From Bacteroidia bacterium (GTDB lineage Bacteria; Bacteroidota; Bacteroidia; 2-12-FULL-35-15): 35,979 nucleotides of DNA. Where the stretch lies: NCBI GenBank assembly GCA_035696085.1, contig DASRRA010000002.1, positions 1 to 35,979 of the forward strand, written 5' to 3'. The translations under genes and the position numbers were made by a program. The notes under the pieces were generated by a model. The model did no database searches. It was given only the letters and a program-made list of their open reading frames with translations, and was not told where the DNA came from. Shown in pieces: positions 16,338 to 25,224 of this stretch (its first letter is position 1; each line of letters starts with the position of its first letter).

Positions 16338-16543
16338 TAGAGATAATAAAAGCTTATTGGAACTGGATATTCTTTAAGCAGACTGAAGAAGCTAAGAGAA
16401 GGTATGGCATTTGTAAGAAGTGTCATAAGAAAAAGTGGGGTATATGCACCGATTGTGGTTGCGTGTGCGTGGTAAAGACTAGGTGTAAGATATGTGAGTG
16501 TGGTATATGGTTGCAATCCAAATCGAAAACGGACAATATTTAG
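16334..16543 (+). CDS. cysteine-rich small protein (9 Cys within 33 aa)
   Basis: ATGA coupling to the 819-aa gene. Cysteine cluster CKKCHKKKWGICTDCGCVCVVKTRCKICEC. Confidence 0.5.
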   Translation: MIEIIKAYWNWIFFKQTEEAKRRYGICKKCHKKKWGICTDCGCVCVVKTRCKICECGIWLQSKSKTDNI

Positions 16544-18471
16544 ACTTACAAAAAGAATTTGTAGGTCTTAACTATCAAATAGCAGACATAGGAGCTATTG
16601 ATACTAGGACAGGTACGTTTACAAACGACTTTAATTTACCTAATACAGCCCATAACAGATCAGCTTTGGGCTTTGCTTCAGTTGATAATGTCATAGGAGA
16701 CTATAACCCACAGCATAAAATCCCTGCCAAGTGCTTTCAGAATAATATAATGATAGCTAATGGCTTTCTACAGGTCAATGGAGGGGATAGCAAAGAGATT
16801 GATATTACCTTTTATGGTGACAATGTAGATGTATTTGAGCTTATCAGAGGAAAGAAGCTGAGAGAATGCAACCTATCCCATTTAAGACACGCTTACAACG
16901 CTACCAATGTTATTAACTCATTCAATAATACTTCAGGTTATATCTATCCGGTAATAGATTACGGACTATTCACTGATAGTGTAAGTATGAGTATTGCATC
17001 CGGTGAAATCTACACAGCCGTATTTGTTCCTGATGTACTCACTGCAATCTTTAAAGATATAGGATTTAAGATAGATGGTACAATGTTAAACAGGGCATTG
17101 TATAAAAAGTCTGTTGTGCCTTTTGTAAATAACTTCTTTGGGTACTCTAAAGACTTTGTACAGGAGAAAATGTTCTATGTTGACAACGGAGCCGGAACAT
17201 TTACTATTGCAGCAGGTTTAACAGTCACACACAACTTTACAAGGGAGTTAGATTTCTTTCAAGGGGTAACCTTTGGAACGGATTTATTTAACCTGGGCGC
17301 AGATAAGTACGTGGCTGATGATGATTATCAAATAAGGATTTGGTATCAATTTGATCGCAGGTTATTTACTAATCTTAATGGTAGCGCAACTATTCCAACT
17401 CTTTATATTAAAAAGAACGGGGTAGTAATAGCCACATCAACTTTAGGAGTGTCATCTGTACAGGTCACTACAACGGTTACAAATTTAGATTACATAGAGT
17501 TTGCAGTTAAGAACAACCATTCAGGAACTATAACCTTTGGAGCTACAGGCAGAGGTGATGTAAGCCAGCAGTTTGTAGCTGGATCAGTTATTTATCCTGA
17601 AACAGTCCTGCCAGATATGGATCAGGTGGACTTTGTTAAATGGGTCCTGTTTAGATTCCTTGGAGTTATCTCAGTAGATCAATTCTCTAAAACAGTTTAC
17701 TTTAATCAGTTCAATGACATAAAGAATAACCCTGTAGATGATTGGAGCAGTAATGTTGACGTTTCAAAAAAGGTAGACACTAACTACAGTAAGATATTAA
17801 GTAAGTACGCAAAAAGGAATATAGCCTCTTACACAGAAGATGAAAATGATAACTACCAAACTATTTATAATGCAGACAATGATCTACAGTTTGGTGCAGG
17901 GGTGTTTACTTTAGATAATGATTTTTTAGAAGATGAAAAAACAATCTTTGAAACTCCATTTTCAGGGACCTTCCTTATAGAGTCGTTCAATACAGATCGT
18001 TTACTTATTCCTTATATCCCTAGACATTTACCAGGATCAGACGAAGTGAACGTGGCAGAGCCTAGGGTTCTTACGGTTTATGGAAGATTAGATATATCTC
18101 AATTCAGCAACAATACAAGTATTTCAATCATGGGTACACCATGCACAAGTATTCCTTTTAGTTATTTCTATAAAGGAACTTATGGTTTTGAGGTGGATGA
18201 TTTTAAAGAGAGCCTTGCGTTTGGGGTACAGAATGTATTCGCACCTAATGACCTTGGAGCATTTGAAAGTGACTATCTTTCTTTAATTGATATACTTCAG
18301 AATCCAAATATTAAAACAGCTTACTTAAGACTTAATCAAATAGACTTATCAAATCTTGATTTCTTAAAGAAGAAATACATAGAACGATTCGGTGGATACT
18401 TCTATTTAAATATTATAGAAGATTACGATGGTTCAGGAGATAGTGTGAAGTGCGTACTGGTTAAGGTTTAG
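16507..18471 (+). CDS. large tail/baseplate protein
   Basis: 654 aa counted from the first ATG (the ORF track starts at GTG 16498). Beta-rich and N/T/S/G-rich like distal tail proteins. No catalytic motif recognised. Confidence 0.6.
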   Translation: MVAIQIENGQYLDLQKEFVGLNYQIADIGAIDTRTGTFTNDFNLPNTAHNRSALGFASVDNVIGDYNPQHKIPAKCFQNNIMIANGFLQVNGGDSKEIDITFYGDNVDVFELIRGKKLRECNLSHLRHAYNATNVINSFNNTSGYIYPVIDYGLFTDSVSMSIASGEIYTAVFVPDVLTAIFKDIGFKIDGTMLNRALYKKSVVPFVNNFFGYSKDFVQEKMFYVDNGAGTFTIAAGLTVTHNFTRELDFFQGVTFGTDLFNLGADKYVADDDYQIRIWYQFDRRLFTNLNGSATIPTLYIKKNGVVIATSTLGVSSVQVTTTVTNLDYIEFAVKNNHSGTITFGATGRGDVSQQFVAGSVIYPETVLPDMDQVDFVKWVLFRFLGVISVDQFSKTVYFNQFNDIKNNPVDDWSSNVDVSKKVDTNYSKILSKYAKRNIASYTEDENDNYQTIYNADNDLQFGAGVFTLDNDFLEDEKTIFETPFSGTFLIESFNTDRLLIPYIPRHLPGSDEVNVAEPRVLTVYGRLDISQFSNNTSISIMGTPCTSIPFSYFYKGTYGFEVDDFKESLAFGVQNVFAPNDLGAFESDYLSLIDILQNPNIKTAYLRLNQIDLSNLDFLKKKYIERFGGYFYLNIIEDYDGSGDSVKCVLVKV

Positions 18472-18802
18472 CGGTAAATTCTCCGGGATAGTCACGTGTT
18501 CCGATGGCTTGGTAATACCATCCACCGTTAACAAAACCAAGGCCGACAACCTGAGAAAGATTACATAGTGGCTTAACCTTTAAATAAATTTTAGAATGTT
18601 TCTTATGTTCAAATGTATGAGTCCAACCAGTATCAACAACCTGAGTGTAGGTGTTCCCATTCTCCAAGTATGTTACTTCTATTTGGTTGCAGTGAAGATA
18701 TTCTCTAAGGTTAGGCTCATTAACTTTATAGGTTATCATAACCTGATAATCTTTTTTACAGGAAACAAATAGAATGGAGATAATTAGTATTAGTGCTTTC
18801 AT
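18461..18802 (-). CDS. lipoprotein (moron), the only convincing minus-strand gene
   Basis: Signal peptide MKALILIISILFVS followed by C (lipobox-like FVSC) and then KKDYQ. 113 aa, beta-rich. 11-nt tail-to-tail overlap with the 657-aa tail gene. Confidence 0.7.
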   Translation of the reverse strand: MKALILIISILFVSCKKDYQVMITYKVNEPNLREYLHCNQIEVTYLENGNTYTQVVDTGWTHTFEHKKHSKIYLKVKPLCNLSQVVGLGFVNGGWYYQAIGTRDYPGEFTAKP

Positions 18803-18858
18803 GGCGTAAATATAAGAATGTTAAGTAAATAGTAAACGAATAAAGTAAAAAAATGTTT

Positions 18859-18866
18859 TAGTTTTG
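18859..18866 (+). promoter_or_regulatory. candidate -7 box TAgtTTTG upstream of the tape-measure gene
   Basis: Matches TAnnTTTG in the 106-bp divergent intergenic region, 43 nt before the ATG at 18909. Confidence 0.3.
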
Positions 18867-18908
18867 TAAAGAATTTTTGTACATTTAGAAGGGTTTTGAG
18901 GTGTTGGT

Positions 18909-21128
18909 ATGGAAGAAAAGGAGATTTTATTAAAGGTAAAGGTAGATAGGAGTGATTCCGAAAAGGCACTACAGGATGTTACAAAGCAATTAATTGAGAA
19001 TAAGTCCGCATTAGATAGCCTTACTAAGTCTTTTAAAGCAGGTGAGGCTTCTACAGAACAATATGTTAAAGAATCTATTGGCCTTAAAAGAACCCAAAAG
19101 GAATTAGCCGACCAACAAAAGGTACTCACCAAAGAAATACAGGCCGAAGCAAATTCATTAGATGCCTTACGGTTAAAACTTGCATCACTCACAAAAGAGC
19201 GTAACGCTACCAACCAAGGAACCAAGGAAGGGGTAAAGCGTGCAAAAGAACTAACGGAGGCAATAAAGAGTACAAGCGAAGCAATATCAAAACAAGAACA
19301 AGCAGGTGGAGACTTTAGAAGAAACGTAGGGAACTATGGAGATTCATTTAAAGAAGCTGTTGGAGGTGTTAATGTTTTTGGTACTTCATTAGGTGGCTTA
19401 TTTAAAACTCTTGCAGCTAATCCTTTTGCAATAGCCATAGCTGGTATATCGGCATTATTTAATATCCTGAAAGGCTTTGAGCCTGTATTTGATTTTTTCG
19501 AGAGAGGACTTGCAGCGATTATGGCAGGTTTCGATGCATTGGTTTCAGGTAATAATATAGCGAAAGCGGCAAGCGATGCCTATGATCTTGCGCAAGCTGT
19601 TCAGGACTTAGAAGATAACCAAAGGGCTTTAAATGTAGAATCAGCAAAGGCAGAAGCTTCAGTAAAGAATCTAATTATCCAATCAAAAGATAGAACAAAG
19701 ACAGAACAAGACAGATTAGCGATACTTGAGAAAGCCTCACAGATAGAGATTGATAACTTTAATAAGTCATTAAAACTAGCAGAGGAAAATCTAAGAATAG
19801 AAAAAGCAAAGTTAACGGAAGCAGAGAAAAACGGAAGGGCAAATGATGAAATAAGAGATAAGGCAGCAGAAGCAGAGATAAGACTTATTAATCTAAAATC
19901 AAGTTCTGCGGATGTTATTGAGAAAATAGAAAATAGAAAGGCAGCATTGCAAGCAGAGATCCAAAAGGATAAAGATGCAGCAACGCAAAAAGAAATTGAT
20001 GACCTTAAAAAGATTGACGAGGCCAACAAGAAAGCAGCAGAAGAAAGGCAAAAGTTAAGAGAGAAAGAAAAACAAGCAGCACAAGATCTTAGAATATTTA
20101 GATTAGAACAGGATATAAAGGAAACTAAATCTATAGAAGATAAGATACAAAAAGAGATTGAGCTTGAAAAAATTAAAACAGAGTTCTTATTAAAGAACGC
20201 AAAGCTAACAACATCAGAAAGGGCATTACTACAAGAGAAGTTATCCGCTAAAATCATTGAGTTAAATAGTGGAGTTGTTGAAAATGAAAAAGAGTCAAGT
20301 AATGATTTAGAACAATTTAGATTAGATCAGGCCGCAAAAAATGCTGAGGCTATAGATGAACGACTTAAGGCAGAATTAGCAGCGGAAGACTTCAGAGTGG
20401 AGGTTCTTTTGGATAAAGAAAACCTTTTGGCATCAGAGAGAACTTTAATATTAGAACAATCAGAGGCCAAGAAAATAGAGATTGTAAAAAAAGCTGAAGA
20501 GACAAAAAGAAGTGAATCTACTAAAACAGCAAAGATACAAGAAGATAATTTAAAAGTCGGACTACAATCAACATCTACTACACTTGGAACCATAGCAGGG
20601 TTATTCCAAGAAAACACAAAAGCTTATAAAATATTCGCAACAAGTCAGGCATTAGTAGACACTTATAAAAGTGCTAATGCTGCATTTTCTTCTGTGGCTG
20701 GTATTCCTATAGTAGGTCCAGCGCTTGGTATTGCCGCCGCCGGTGCTGCTGTTGCTGCTGGTCTTGCAAATGTGGCTCAGATAAATGCTGCTGCTGGAGG
20801 TGGTGACTTTGTTACAACTAAACCAACTCTATTACTTGTAGGAGATAACCCAGGAGGAAGAGAAAGAATAACTGTAGAGCCTTTAAGTGGTAGAGGTAAA
20901 ACTAAGGTCCATAAAGGAAGCGGAATGATAGCAATGGCAGGAGGTGGAACACTGACCACAGGAGCAACACTCACAAGGGGGTTAAGTACTCCTATTAGTA
21001 ATGATGTATCAAATATGAAATCATTTCAGGATGCACTAATAAACCAGCCAGCACCTGAAGTGAGTGTGAAAGAAATTACAAATAAATCAAACAGAGTGAA
21101 GGTAAAAGAGGGGATAAAGAATTTATGA
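18909..21128 (+). CDS. tail tape measure protein
   Basis: 739 aa. Long K/E/A-rich coiled coil with an internal 73-aa tandem duplication, then a hydrophobic Gly/Ala segment (VAGIPIVGPALGIAAAGAAVAAGLANVAQINAAAGGG). Confidence 0.75.
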   Translation: MEEKEILLKVKVDRSDSEKALQDVTKQLIENKSALDSLTKSFKAGEASTEQYVKESIGLKRTQKELADQQKVLTKEIQAEANSLDALRLKLASLTKERNATNQGTKEGVKRAKELTEAIKSTSEAISKQEQAGGDFRRNVGNYGDSFKEAVGGVNVFGTSLGGLFKTLAANPFAIAIAGISALFNILKGFEPVFDFFERGLAAIMAGFDALVSGNNIAKAASDAYDLAQAVQDLEDNQRALNVESAKAEASVKNLIIQSKDRTKTEQDRLAILEKASQIEIDNFNKSLKLAEENLRIEKAKLTEAEKNGRANDEIRDKAAEAEIRLINLKSSSADVIEKIENRKAALQAEIQKDKDAATQKEIDDLKKIDEANKKAAEERQKLREKEKQAAQDLRIFRLEQDIKETKSIEDKIQKEIELEKIKTEFLLKNAKLTTSERALLQEKLSAKIIELNSGVVENEKESSNDLEQFRLDQAAKNAEAIDERLKAELAAEDFRVEVLLDKENLLASERTLILEQSEAKKIEIVKKAEETKRSESTKTAKIQEDNLKVGLQSTSTTLGTIAGLFQENTKAYKIFATSQALVDTYKSANAAFSSVAGIPIVGPALGIAAAGAAVAAGLANVAQINAAAGGGDFVTTKPTLLLVGDNPGGRERITVEPLSGRGKTKVHKGSGMIAMAGGGTLTTGATLTRGLSTPISNDVSNMKSFQDALINQPAPEVSVKEITNKSNRVKVKEGIKNL
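20085..20522 (+). repeat. in-frame tandem duplication (2 x 219 nt) inside the tape measure gene
   Basis: DLRIFRLEQD...EFLLKNAKLTTSERALLQEKLSAKIIEL aligns with DLEQFRLDQA...EVLLDKENLLASERTLILEQSEAKKIEI. Confidence 0.7.
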
Positions 21129-21394
21129 CGTATCTAGTAGAATTAATAAAAGAGAAACAGCCGGAGATTGATAAGAATGCAGTTGAATATGTTTTAACTT
21201 ATCTTATTAAGGAGGGACACTTGAGTTACACCATTCAATATCATTATGACATTTATAGTTTTTATAAAAAATGTTTAGAGCATTATGAGTCTATGGGGCT
21301 TCAAAGGAAAAGAGTTGTAGCTGATACATGCGAACATTTTAAAATAAAAAAAACTCACTTATATAATATCATTAATAATTTTTCCACAAAGTAG
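21125..21394 (+). CDS. hypothetical protein, possible small HTH DNA-binding protein
   Basis: ATGA coupling to the tape measure gene. The C-terminal RVVADTCEHFKIKKTHLYNIIN looks like a helix-turn-helix. Confidence 0.5.
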   Translation: MTYLVELIKEKQPEIDKNAVEYVLTYLIKEGHLSYTIQYHYDIYSFYKKCLEHYESMGLQRKRVVADTCEHFKIKKTHLYNIINNFSTK

Positions 21395-21468
21395 TGGACT
21401 TGATACAAGCTTAATTCTTTTCTATTCACTTCTTACTATCGTATTTTTATATCAGGTAGTGGGAAGAT

Positions 21469-22554
21469 ATGAGCGAGACACACATTTATGTATACGGGCA
21501 AATTGGACAAGGTGGAATAACTGCCGAGTCTATTAGGAAGAAACTTGCAAACACAAGCGAATCCATTGTTGCGCATATTAATTCCCCAGGCGGAGAGGTC
21601 TACGAAGGTTATACAATCTACAACTTATTAAGGAATTGCGGCAAACCAGTCAATGTAGTCATTGAGGGTTTGTGTGCTTCTATTGCTACGCTCATAGCGT
21701 GTGCAGGTGACAAGATCACAATGAATCCTACAGCCGAGTTTATGATTCACAATCCTATGGTAGGTATTGAGGGCAATGCAGAAGACCTACGCAAAGTAGC
21801 CGACCAATTAGACAACATCAAAAAAACAATCATTGCAGCCTATAAGAGAAAGACTAACAAGTCTGAGGATGAGCTATGGCAAATGATGGACAAAGCAACT
21901 TTTCTTTCTGCTGAACAGGCTAAAGATTTTGGATTTGTGGATGAAGTTTCTCAAGGACTCAAGATGGTTGCCTATGTAGATGTAACAAAATTTAAAACTG
22001 AAAATACAATGGATCAAAAAATTCTTGAATCAATAAATAACCTGGGTAAAAAGATTGAGGGACTATTTAAGTCGGCTCCTAAAAATCTAGATGCCACATT
22101 AGAAGACGGATCTAAAGTCTTCATTGAAACAGAAGATGAAATATTAGAAGGTAAAGCGATTTTCAAAGTAACTGAGCAAGGTAATGCTCCATTAGAAGAC
22201 GGCAGCTATGCGCTTGCTGATGCAAGAATTATAGTAGTGAAAGATGGGAAAGTGGAATCAGTAGCAGAGCCAGCAGCGCAAGACGATTCTGCAAAACAGA
22301 TTGAAGACTTGAAAGCTCAGATAGAACAATTAACAAATCAACTAACTGAAAAAGATGTGTTGATAGAAAACTCTAAAAAAGAATCTGAAGCACTTGCGGT
22401 AACAGTAACAGAGATTAAAAATGAATTTGATAAAGTAAGGAATACTGTAATAGGATCAGACAAAAATCCTAAGAATGTACATATCACACCAAAGGATGAA
22501 AAAGGAAATGATTATGTAAATGGACTTGCAAACTTAATTAACAATAAAAAATAA
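21469..22554 (+). CDS. ClpP-family (S14) prohead protease fused to a coiled-coil scaffold domain
   Basis: INSPGGEVYEG...GLCASIATL...FMIHNP (Ser and His of the ClpP fold). The C-terminal 150 aa are acidic coiled coil (QIEDLKAQIEQLTNQLTEKD). Confidence 0.85.
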   Translation: MSETHIYVYGQIGQGGITAESIRKKLANTSESIVAHINSPGGEVYEGYTIYNLLRNCGKPVNVVIEGLCASIATLIACAGDKITMNPTAEFMIHNPMVGIEGNAEDLRKVADQLDNIKKTIIAAYKRKTNKSEDELWQMMDKATFLSAEQAKDFGFVDEVSQGLKMVAYVDVTKFKTENTMDQKILESINNLGKKIEGLFKSAPKNLDATLEDGSKVFIETEDEILEGKAIFKVTEQGNAPLEDGSYALADARIIVVKDGKVESVAEPAAQDDSAKQIEDLKAQIEQLTNQLTEKDVLIENSKKESEALAVTVTEIKNEFDKVRNTVIGSDKNPKNVHITPKDEKGNDYVNGLANLINNKK

Positions 22555-22560
22555 ACGACG

Positions 22561-23547
22561 ATGGCAAACATACTTGGAACGAGCGGACTGACATACGGAG
22601 GGAAGGAAACAATGGATGTGCTTATTAAGCCATCATTCCAAGACCCAAAGTTGAGTACAATTTTTAGAGTCATGACTGATATTCAGTCAACACAAAAGTT
22701 ATATCTTTTGAATCCTACTTCATATCTAACACAGACGTATAGTTCTTGCGGACTTCCTACAGCTTCAACAGGTGTGAATATTACTCAAAAGGTTTTAACA
22801 ACATCACCACTACAGGTTTACACTAATGAGTGTGCTGATGTTTTCACAAGCACAATATTTGAAACCTGGAAAAAATCAGGTGCAGATATGAATGATCTTT
22901 CCGGAACTGAGGCAGCTAAGATAATCGAAAAGATTACAATGGATGCAGTGGTAAGGGATGCTTATAGGATCGCTTGCTTTGGTAATACTTCTCTATCAGA
23001 TACAAGATACACAATGCTTAACGGTATGTGGAAATTGATATTCGATAACGTAGAGTCTTACTGTATAGATAGAGTAGAGTATCTACCAGATGGTACTTTG
23101 GCAGCAGGTAATGCATTGACTTACTTAACCAACTTATACAATAACTGCGATAATGAATTAGCTGCGGTTCCTGAAGGTGATAAACACTTCCTTGTAACAA
23201 CTCAGCTTTACAATAACCTTATAGCTTCTTACGAATCAGCAGCAGGATATACTGAGTTACAATTTAGAAACCTTACTAATGGACAAAAACTTGTTCAATT
23301 CAGAGGAATCGATGTAGTACCACAAAGAGCTTGGACAACTTATATCAACTCTGACTTCTCTAATTCTAACCCACACAGAATTGTATACACTACAAAAGAT
23401 AACTGGGTACTTGGAGTAGAGAAAGAAAGTGACATGACCACGTTTAGAAACTGGTACTCTATGGATGATGATTTGTATAAAACATTATTGAGATATAGAA
23501 TGGGTGTTCAATTTGTACACTGTGGTTTAACAGCAGTTTCTTACTAA
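22561..23547 (+). CDS. major capsid protein
   Basis: 328 aa, directly after the protease/scaffold gene. Size and position are typical. The fold was not verified. Confidence 0.65.
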   Translation: MANILGTSGLTYGGKETMDVLIKPSFQDPKLSTIFRVMTDIQSTQKLYLLNPTSYLTQTYSSCGLPTASTGVNITQKVLTTSPLQVYTNECADVFTSTIFETWKKSGADMNDLSGTEAAKIIEKITMDAVVRDAYRIACFGNTSLSDTRYTMLNGMWKLIFDNVESYCIDRVEYLPDGTLAAGNALTYLTNLYNNCDNELAAVPEGDKHFLVTTQLYNNLIASYESAAGYTELQFRNLTNGQKLVQFRGIDVVPQRAWTTYINSDFSNSNPHRIVYTTKDNWVLGVEKESDMTTFRNWYSMDDDLYKTLLRYRMGVQFVHCGLTAVSY

Positions 23548-23560
23548 ACGAAATAGATAT

Positions 23561-24106
23561 ATGGCAAATTGTAGGGTAACGAATGAGATAAGCGCAGATT
23601 GCGATGATCTCAGGAGGGTAGGCGGTGTCAATAAAGAATTCTTTTTAGGAAACACAGCAGACTTATCATATACAACAGATGGATCGGGATATGTAAATTC
23701 ATTATCTTTTTCCAGTGTCTACGGAGGTCTTTATAAGTTCGCAGGTAAAAAGAAATCTCACTCAGGCGGTTATACTTTGGTAAAACAAGTCGGTGGTAAT
23801 ACTTTCTTTCAACATGACAACATAGTGAAACTTATAACAACCACACCGGAAGATGATGATGTGATTGAAGAATTAGCGGTGGCAGATGTGTTCACTATCC
23901 TTGAAACCAATAACAGAGAGTTTATAATCTATGGTATTGATAACGGAATGGATATGACAGCAGCCACACAGAACACAGGACAAGAATCAGCAAGCGACAT
24001 TTCTGATACTTTGACTTTCCAAGGTGAAGAAAGAAGTAAGCCACGAAGATTCTTAAGAACTGATTATGATACAACATTGGCATATTTAAATGCTAGAGTA
24101 ATTTAA
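23561..24106 (+). CDS. putative major tail (tube) protein or capsid accessory protein
   Basis: 181 aa, beta-rich, with a tube-like pattern (KEFFLGN...LYKFAGKKKSHSGG...TLTFQGEE). Followed by a strong terminator, which suggests high expression. Confidence 0.45.
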   Translation: MANCRVTNEISADCDDLRRVGGVNKEFFLGNTADLSYTTDGSGYVNSLSFSSVYGGLYKFAGKKKSHSGGYTLVKQVGGNTFFQHDNIVKLITTTPEDDDVIEELAVADVFTILETNNREFIIYGIDNGMDMTAATQNTGQESASDISDTLTFQGEERSKPRRFLRTDYDTTLAYLNARVI

Positions 24107-24137
24107 ACTTTCTCTTTATTTGTTCTTTCATGGGAAA

Positions 24138-24167
24138 GGGTCTCACTAAAAATGAGGCTCTTTTTTT
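24138..24167 (+). terminator. rho-independent terminator
   Basis: 8-bp stem GGGTCTCA/TGAGGCTC (two G.U pairs), 7-nt loop, then T7 at 24161-24167, flanked 5' by AAA. Confidence 0.7.
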
Positions 24168-24193
24168 GTGGATAAATGTGTATAAAATTGTTT

Positions 24194-24222
24194 TACTTTT
24201 GTAAATATATTTATTACATTTG
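24194..24222 (+). promoter_or_regulatory. two TAnnTTTG boxes (TActTTTG 24194-24201, TAcaTTTG 24215-24222) upstream of the glyco-operon
   Basis: Both match the Bacteroidota -7 consensus. They lie between the terminator and the ATG at 24229. Confidence 0.35.
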
Positions 24223-24228
24223 TAAAGG

Positions 24229-24429
24229 ATGATTGAACAAGCAGTCGAGTTAGTTAAGCTGGGAAACCCTACAGGGTGGCCAAAGACTAAGGAAAATAAG
24301 TCAAGGGTTGATGAGATGGGAAGAATACTTTCAAATCTTGCAGGGGTGTATGTAGAGTGTAGTTGGTGTGTAAGGATTGAGATATACAAGCACTTAAGGA
24401 AATGGTTAGAGGGGAATGGTCACCTGTAG
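24229..24429 (+). CDS. hypothetical protein, first gene of the glyco-operon
   Basis: 66 aa. No motif recognised. Confidence 0.5.
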   Translation: MIEQAVELVKLGNPTGWPKTKENKSRVDEMGRILSNLAGVYVECSWCVRIEIYKHLRKWLEGNGHL

Positions 24430-25096
24430 GGTTTTTCAAATTTATTACGATCAGGCAAGTATGGAAGCTTGTTATCCTGAATTTGAAGCTATAGAGAATA
24501 AGGTGTGTTCTCCATTCTTTGAGAACTCAGTTATAATTGATTTGATAAACAAGAAAGAACATATTAACCATGATTACTTTGGAGTCTTTTCAGGACACTT
24601 TAAAAATAAAATGACTCACTCTAGGGATATGAAAAAGTTAACACCTGATTATATCTTAGAAAGATTAGATACTGATGTTGTTTCATTCTTCAGGAACCAT
24701 AAGAATAGTAATGTAATTAATAAGGCAGAGGTGTTCCACCCTGGATTTAAGAGGGCGATATATAATATACTAGAGGCGGTAGGGTTTCAAGTGGACATAG
24801 AGAAAGATACAAGGTTTACAGTCTATCAGAATCATTTTATAACTACCTCACAGATTTACGATAGGTATGTTAAAGAACTTTTAGAGCCAGCTGTTAAGGA
24901 AATGTGTAACAAGGATAACAAGGAGTTACAAAATATCATATGGCAGGATTCAGGGTATCATAAAAAAAAGACCATGCCTGAAAAGTTAAAGCAGGAATTA
25001 GGGGTTAATTATTATCCATACCATACTTTTCTTTGTGAGAGATTGTTTTCAATATTTTTAAATAGATATACAGAAATAACATGCAAACACTTATGA
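24416..25096 (+). CDS. hypothetical protein (possible uncharacterised sugar-transfer/processing enzyme)
   Basis: 226 aa, soluble. The N-terminus FQIYYD...FEN...DYFGVFSGHF is reminiscent of polysaccharide-locus proteins of unknown function. Not verified. Confidence 0.55.
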   Translation: MVTCRVFQIYYDQASMEACYPEFEAIENKVCSPFFENSVIIDLINKKEHINHDYFGVFSGHFKNKMTHSRDMKKLTPDYILERLDTDVVSFFRNHKNSNVINKAEVFHPGFKRAIYNILEAVGFQVDIEKDTRFTVYQNHFITTSQIYDRYVKELLEPAVKEMCNKDNKELQNIIWQDSGYHKKKTMPEKLKQELGVNYYPYHTFLCERLFSIFLNRYTEITCKHL

Positions 25097-25224
25097 AAGA
25101 GGCATTGCTAGTAATTATTAAATGTATACTTATAGCATTTGTATTTGTCGGTTGGTTTGTTCTTGCTGTTATGGCAGGTAAACTTTTATATTATGGTATT
25201 AAATTTTGTTGGAATCTTATATGA
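25093..25224 (+). CDS. small membrane peptide (43 aa, not in ORF track)
   Basis: ATGA overlaps at both ends. Hydrophobic core LLVIIKCILIAFVFVGWFVLAVMAG. Confidence 0.4.
   Translation: MKEALLVIIKCILIAFVFVGWFVLAVMAGKLLYYGIKFCWNLI

Noticed and set aside
19601-20257. 218-aa minus-strand ORF, the longest antisense ORF
   Set aside because: It is the mirror image of the K/E/A-rich tape-measure coiled coil. It translates to monotonous S/F/A/L/I sequence, an artefact of codon complementarity rather than a gene.
20701-20830. Locally GC-rich patch (gccgccgccggtgctgctgttgctgctgg...) that looks like a simple repeat or foreign insert
   Set aside because: It is in frame and encodes the Gly/Ala-rich hydrophobic segment of the tape-measure protein. 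The codon-level repetition is explained by amino-acid composition.
24093-24389. 98-aa minus-strand ORF spanning the 24.1-24.2 kb intergenic region
   Set aside because: It runs through the + strand terminator hairpin and T-tract and into the antisense of ORF 24229. Its composition is poor. The region is better explained as terminator plus promoter.
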